Shown here: positions 58,797 through 64,000 of the stretch, in pieces | Position numbering within the stretch: position 1 is the first letter of the stretch | Layout: each line of letters starts with the position of its first letter | Assembly (NCBI GenBank): GCA_950097015.1 | Contig: CATNEN010000003.1 | Location: forward strand, 11,718,001-11,782,000 | Length of the DNA: 64,000 bases | Source of the DNA: Macrostomum hystrix | Lineage: Eukaryota > Animalia > Platyhelminthes | Direction: 5' to 3' | The notes under the pieces: model-generated | What the model was told of the DNA's origin: nothing | Database searches by the model: none | Seen by the model: only the letters and a program-made list of their open reading frames with translations | Program-made: the position numbers and the translations under genes

Positions 58797-59531
58797 TTAA
58801 TTAAATGGCGACAGGCACTCACACAGTCCAGCATGATTTAAGTCAGTCTGCCGAGTATCTACTACGAGACGGCCGGTGGTGCAGACCGCGTCCTCCGCGT
58901 TACCACCGTTGTTCGGCTCTCCGCTGTTCCACAGGCTGTGGTCGAAGGTGCCGTTGCAGGAGACCCAGTGCCAGCCGCCTGCTGGCTCCGCACTGCCCGG
59001 AGGCTGGAGGCCGCCCAGCCACAGCGAGGTTCTACGCGCAGTCGTGCTGAAAATGAGCTCAATGTGAGACATCTCACTGCTGCTCGTCACGTCGGCGAAG
59101 ATCACAAGACCGCTCTCGGACTCGCATCTTTGTCTCTGTGTCGACCAGTTGCCAGTGGGCTGCACCTTGTACTTCACTCCGCAAAGGTCGTCTCCGTAGC
59201 CAGTCGGACACAGCTGGCCAGCCTCGAGTCCCGGCTGCTGCTTCACAAACACCTGGCCTCTCCTGGAGCAGCTGCAGTCCCTCACCGACTTGCTGCACTT
59301 GTCGAACACGAACAGCTGACACGGACCGTCAGCCATGGTGAAGGCCTGGCAGCGCTGCTCCTTGTTGCACTGAACGGCACAACCTGCCTCGGTTATGCCA
59401 CTTGTATCCGTCAGAGTGAACTCGCTCTTGACACACAGATATCCCATCAGCAAATGGAATGTCTCAGATAGGACATCTGGCATTTGAGAAAGCACCAGAA
59501 GCGTCATGATGATTGCAGGGATCTTCTTCAT
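58797..59531 (-). CDS. Secreted PAN/apple-like plus C-type lectin domain protein
   Basis: Signal peptide MKKIPAIIMTLLVLSQ; CAVQC...CQAF...CQL (PAN-like); LWLGG...WHW...WNSGEPNN...EDAVC...LCE (CTLD). Intronless. Confidence 0.88.
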   Translation of the reverse strand: MKKIPAIIMTLLVLSQMPDVLSETFHLLMGYLCVKSEFTLTDTSGITEAGCAVQCNKEQRCQAFTMADGPCQLFVFDKCSKSVRDCSCSRRGQVFVKQQPGLEAGQLCPTGYGDDLCGVKYKVQPTGNWSTQRQRCESESGLVIFADVTSSSEMSHIELIFSTTARRTSLWLGGLQPPGSAEPAGGWHWVSCNGTFDHSLWNSGEPNNGGNAEDAVCTTGRLVVDTRQTDLNHAGLCECLSPFN

Positions 59532-59945
59532 GTTGAAACTGGCAGCTAGTGTCTTTGACAGTGGATTTCAGTTCAGTGCGCACTAATTGGGCATGAATAC
59601 TACCGCTTGAGGACTGATGGTGAAAATTGCTGCAACTCATCAAATTATATCCATATTCTGTCTGCCTGGCGGATGAGATGGAGATGTCCAACAGGAGGCA
59701 GAGTTGACAAACAGACAGTTTTTTTAAATTATTTCCTCGCTTGTTAGTGCCGAAAACTGTTCTGGCTTGGGACAGGGCTAGAATCGGATATAAAAATCAA
59801 TAAAAAATATCAAGTATCAATCATGCAAATGGTTTGGTAAAAGCCCAGACTTTTTTTCATTAAAAAACGTAGCAATAGAATTACGCATTAAATATTTAGC
59901 TGTTTTAAAACAAATTTTCTAGTTATGGGATGTTGTGGCTGATTA

Positions 59946-60450
59946 TAGAGGCATTCAAAAATATTTGGCAACTGGACACCCTTTAAAAAACAGTAGCTGC
60001 AAAAACTAACTGAACATGTTACAATCCTGCAATGTAGTCTCCCCCTCTCTCAATGCACTTTTGGTGCCGCCGAATCCATGCTTCGAATGCGCCACGGGCC
60101 CAGATGTGCTGATGAAGATGACGAACATCTCCTTCCGGGACCGAAAACTGGACCGCAGGATCTGTCGGCCTCGCGTCTCCAGAGCCCACCCAGGCCTTGT
60201 TCTGCATCTTCTGGGGCACTTGAAAATAAAAAAAAACATTTCTCATCACCTGTAACGAGGTCGGAAAGCCTCTGGCTGCCTCCTGGACCGAAGTTGCGCA
60301 CGAATTCCTGGCTACACCGCACCCTCTCCCTCTTCTGCTCTTCTGTCAGGAGGTGGGGCACCCAGCGGGCGGTGACCTTGCGGAGGCCTAGGTGGCTGTG
60401 CACTGTAAGTGATGAGATGCTTATAGAAACTGGGTTAAGGCTCATTCACA
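59946..60450 (-). mobile_element. Decayed mariner transposon (frameshifted, internally deleted transposase)
   Basis: ARWVPHLLT, VTGDEK, RKEMFVIF and KCIERGGDY lie in different frames. TIR-like tagaggcattcaaaaatatttggcaac follows a TA at about 59946; the second TIR was not found. Confidence 0.88.
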
Positions 60451-60989
60451 ATGTCACTTTATCAAACTGTTATCAAACTGTTATCAAACGAGGCGAAAAC
60501 ACACGAATGTACGTTTTATGGCCATAATTAATTTAAAACATCACATAAAAGTACACCAAAACGTCTGAACGAGCCGTACGAGCCTGGGCGTCCTTGCGTC
60601 GGACCAGGACGCCCAGACGGAGATCGAAGCCGCGGAAGCGCATCCGCCTGCTGGAACTCCAAGCGAAAGAGCGGCAACTCAGAATAGGGGGCCCAAGCAG
60701 TGGATGACCGCGAACCCCAGATCAAGTTTAAGTCCCAAGTGTACGGAATTAGACAACAGAAGTAGGAGCTGCTCATTACTGACTTCCTGGAAGACGCGTT
60801 TCGACCGGCCGACGCAGTGCTGGCTCAGGGTCAAGATAATGAACTAAGGATCTCATTGCCTCTCCAAAAGCTGATCGGATAAATTTGCCGGTAAAGTAGC
60901 CACAGTTCTATAATCATCGCCAACTGATTATTTGAAGCGACACATTTAGAAAGCTATCGTTTGGGAATGAGCTGCAATGGTGCTGCCAA

Positions 60990-63612
60990 TTAATCCCTTG
61001 TTACTAATCCCAGTGTCCAATCCCAGTGTCTCATACCAGTGTCTCATCCCAGTGTCTAATCCCAGTGTCTCATCCCAGTGTCTAATCCCAGTGTCTCATC
61101 CTAGTGTCTAATCCTAGTGTCTCATCCCAGTGTCTAATCCCAGTGTCTCATCCCAGTGTCTAATCCTAGTGTCTCATCCTAGTGTCTAATCCTAGTGTCT
61201 CATCCCAGTGTCTAATCCCAGTGTCTAATCCTAGTGTCTCATCCCAGTGTCTAATCCCAGTGTCTCATCCCAGTGTCTAATCCTAGTGTCTCATACCAGT
61301 GTCTCATCCCAGTGTCTCATCCCAGTGTCTAATCCCAGTGTCTCATACCAGTGTCTCATCCCAGTGTCTAATCCCAGTGTCTCATCCCAGTGTCTAATCC
61401 AAGTGTCTCATCCTAGTGTCTAATCCTAGTGTCTCATCCCAGTGTCTAATCCCAGTGTCTAATCCTAGTGTCTCATCCCAGTGTCTAATCCTAGTGTCTC
61501 ATCCCAGTGTCTAATCCTAGTGTCTCATCCCAGTGTCTAATCCCAGTGTCCAATCCCAGTGTCTCATACCAGTGTCTCATCCCAGTGTCTAATCCCAGGG
61601 TCTCATCCCAGTGTCTAATCCTAGTGTCTCATCCTAGTGTCTAATCCTAGTGTCTCATCCCAGTGTCTAATCCCAGTGTCTAATCCTAGTGTCTCATCCC
61701 AGTGTCTAATCCCAGTGTCTCATCCCAGTGTCTAATCCTAGTGTCTCATACCAGTGTCTCATCCCAGTGTCTCATCCCAGTGTCTAATCCCAGTGTCTCA
61801 TACCAGTGTCTCATCCCAGTGTCTAATCCCAGTGTCTCATCCCAGTGTCTAATCCTAGTGTCTCATCCTAGTGTCTAATCCTAGTGTCTCATCCCAGTGT
61901 CTAATCCCAGTGTCTAATCCTAGTGTCTCATCCCAGTGTCTAATCCCAGTGTCTCATCCCAGTGTCTAATCCTAGTGTCTCATCATAGTGTCTAATTCTA
62001 GTGTCTCATCCCAGTGTCTAATCCCAGTGTCTAATCCTAGTGTCTAATCCCAGTGTCTAATTCTTGTTACTAAGCTCAGTGTCTCATCCCAGTGTCTAAT
62101 CCTAGTGTCTAATCCGAGTGTCTAATCCCAGTGTCTAATCCCAGTGTCTAATCCCACTGTCTAATCCCAGTGTCTAATCCTAGTGTCTAATCCTAGTGTA
62201 TAATCCCAATGTCTAATCCCAGTGTCTAATCCTAGTGTATAATCCCAATGTCAAATCCCAGTGTCTAATCCCAATGTCTAATCCCAATTTCTAATCCCAA
62301 TGTCCAATCCCAGTGTCTAATCCCAATGTCTAATCCCAATGTCTAATCCCAGTGTCTAATCCCAATGTCTAATCCCAATGTCTAATCCCAGTGTCTAATC
62401 CTAGTGTCTAATCCCAGTGTCTAATCCTTGTTACTAATCCAATTGTCCAATCCTAGTGTCTAATCCGAGTGTCTAATCCCAGTGTCTAATCCCAGTGTCT
62501 AATCCCATTGTCTAATCCCAGTGTCTAATCCCAGTTTCTAATCCTAGTGTCTAATCCCAGTGTCTAATCCCAGTGTCTAATCCCAGTGTCTAATCCTAGT
62601 GTCAAATCCTAGTGTCAAATCCTAGTGTCTAATCCCAATGTCTAATCTCAGTGTCTAATCCCAGTGTCTAATCCCAGTGTCTAATCCCAGTGTCTAATCC
62701 CAGTGTCTAATCCCAGTGTCTAATCCCAGTGTCTAATCCTAGTGTCAAATCCTAGTGTCAAATCCTAGTGATTAATCCCAGTGTCTAATCCCAGTGTCTA
62801 ATCCCAGTGTCTAATCCCAGTGTCTAATCCTAGTGTCAAATCCTAGTGTCTAATCCCAATGTCTAATCTCAGTGTCTAATCGCAGTGTCTAATCCCAGTG
62901 TCTAATCCCAGTGTCTAATCCCAGTGTCTAATCCCAGTGTCTAATCCCAGTGTCTAATCCTAGTGTCAAATCCTAGTGATTAATCCCAGTGTCTAATCCC
63001 AGTGTCTAATCCCAGTGTCTAATCCTAGTGTCAAATCCTAGTGTCTAATCCCAGTGTCTAATCCCAGTGTCTAATCCCAGTGTCTAATCCTAGTGATTAA
63101 TCCCAGTGTCTAATCCCAGTGTCTAATCCCAGTGTCTAATCCCTGTGTCAAATCCTAGTGTCCAATCCTTGTTACTAATCCCAATGTCTAATCCCAATGT
63201 CTAATCCCAATGTCTAATCCCCGTGTCAAATCCTAGTGTCTAATCCTTGTTACTAATCCCAGTGTCAAATCCTAGTGTCTAATCCTTGTTACTAATCCCA
63301 GTTCCAAATCCTAGTGTCTAGTCCTTGTTACTAATCCCAGTGTCAAATCCTAGTGTCTAATCCTTGTTACTAATCCCAGTGTCAAATCCTAGTGTCAAAT
63401 CCTTGTTACTAATCCCAGTGTCAAATCCTAGTGTCTAATCCTTGTTACTAATCCCAGTGTCTAATCCTAGTGTCAAATCCTTGTTACTAATCCCAGTGTC
63501 AAATCCTAGTGTCTAATCCTTGTTACTAATCCCAGTGTCTAATCCTTGTTACTAATCCCAGTGTCAAATCCTAGTGTCTAATCCTTGTTACTAATCCCAG
63601 TGTCAAATCCTG
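60990..63612. repeat. 13-bp satellite, 2.6 kb
   Basis: aatcccagtgtct with ccc/cct and cta/ctc/caa variants; aatccttgttact variant towards the 3' end. Confidence 0.98.
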
Positions 63613-63667
63613 GTGCTAGGTGCTGAGTTTTGTGTCAGGAATCTAGATAATATCTTATGAGTTTTAT

Positions 63668-63821
63668 GGGTGGCTTTCACAAGAACGAAATTTCACAAGA
63701 CCGAAACTTCACAAGACCGAAACTTCACAAGACAGAAATTTTACAACGCCGAAAAATAAAAGTGCAGCACACGGTGCAAGAATTTTCGGCGTTGTGAAAT
63801 TTCGGTCTTGTGAAGTCACCC
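63668..63821. mobile_element. Small foldback/MITE-like element with subterminal 17-bp repeats
   Basis: Left arm gggtggctttcacaag...(ttcacaagaccgaaac)n...tttacaacgccgaaaa is inverted against ttttcggcgttgtgaaatttcggtcttgtgaagtcaccc. No clear TSD. Confidence 0.7.
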
Positions 63822-64000
63822 GATGCTCTGAGCCCGAGTCTATAACTTAAGGCCATAGATTACTCGACAAATTAATATTTAAAAAATCAATATTTAAAGT
63901 GACCACCCAAGCCGGAAGTCATGGAGCTTGAAAATCGCGATTTTCGCGCAATTATTTACTATAACTCCAAGTGCAACCTGACACCACGACTGTCAGAACA

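Noticed and set aside
60990-63612. Telomere-like look of the 13-mer (gggattag on the minus strand)
   Set aside because: Not (TTAGGG)n; interstitial, with unique sequence on both sides.

Overview
Eukaryotic (invertebrate) genomic DNA with spliceosomal introns. The repeat load and gene style suggest a flatworm such as Macrostomum; this is inference only. Left to right: (1) a minus-strand, three-exon-visible gene fusing about 10 ankyrin repeats, most near-identical, to a Mab-21/cGAS-like nucleotidyltransferase (cGLR) with an intact-looking catalytic triad. It runs off the left edge and its largest exon is absent from the ORF track. (2) A 7.8-kb homopurine (GAAGA)n-type array. (3) A compact full-length Ty3/Gypsy (Mag-like) LTR retrotransposon with one intact ORF. 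(4) Three co-oriented plus-strand genes: an F-box/LRR gene (5 exons), an RBM4/Lark-like single-RRM gene and a DOCK-C (DOCK6/7/8-like) GEF (8 exons). Almost every intron and intergenic gap carries its own private minisatellite. (5) At least three tRNA-derived SINE families. One has a 3' tail with an exact 14-nt match to the HDV ribozyme P3/L3 and a possible pseudoknot, and one copy is interrupted by a 5'-truncated LINE with a 13-bp TSD. (6) A secreted PAN + C-type lectin gene, a decayed mariner element, a 13-mer satellite and a small foldback MITE. The strongest candidates for something new are the ankyrin-array cGLR (a possible modular innate-immune sensor) and the one-minisatellite-per-intron architecture.
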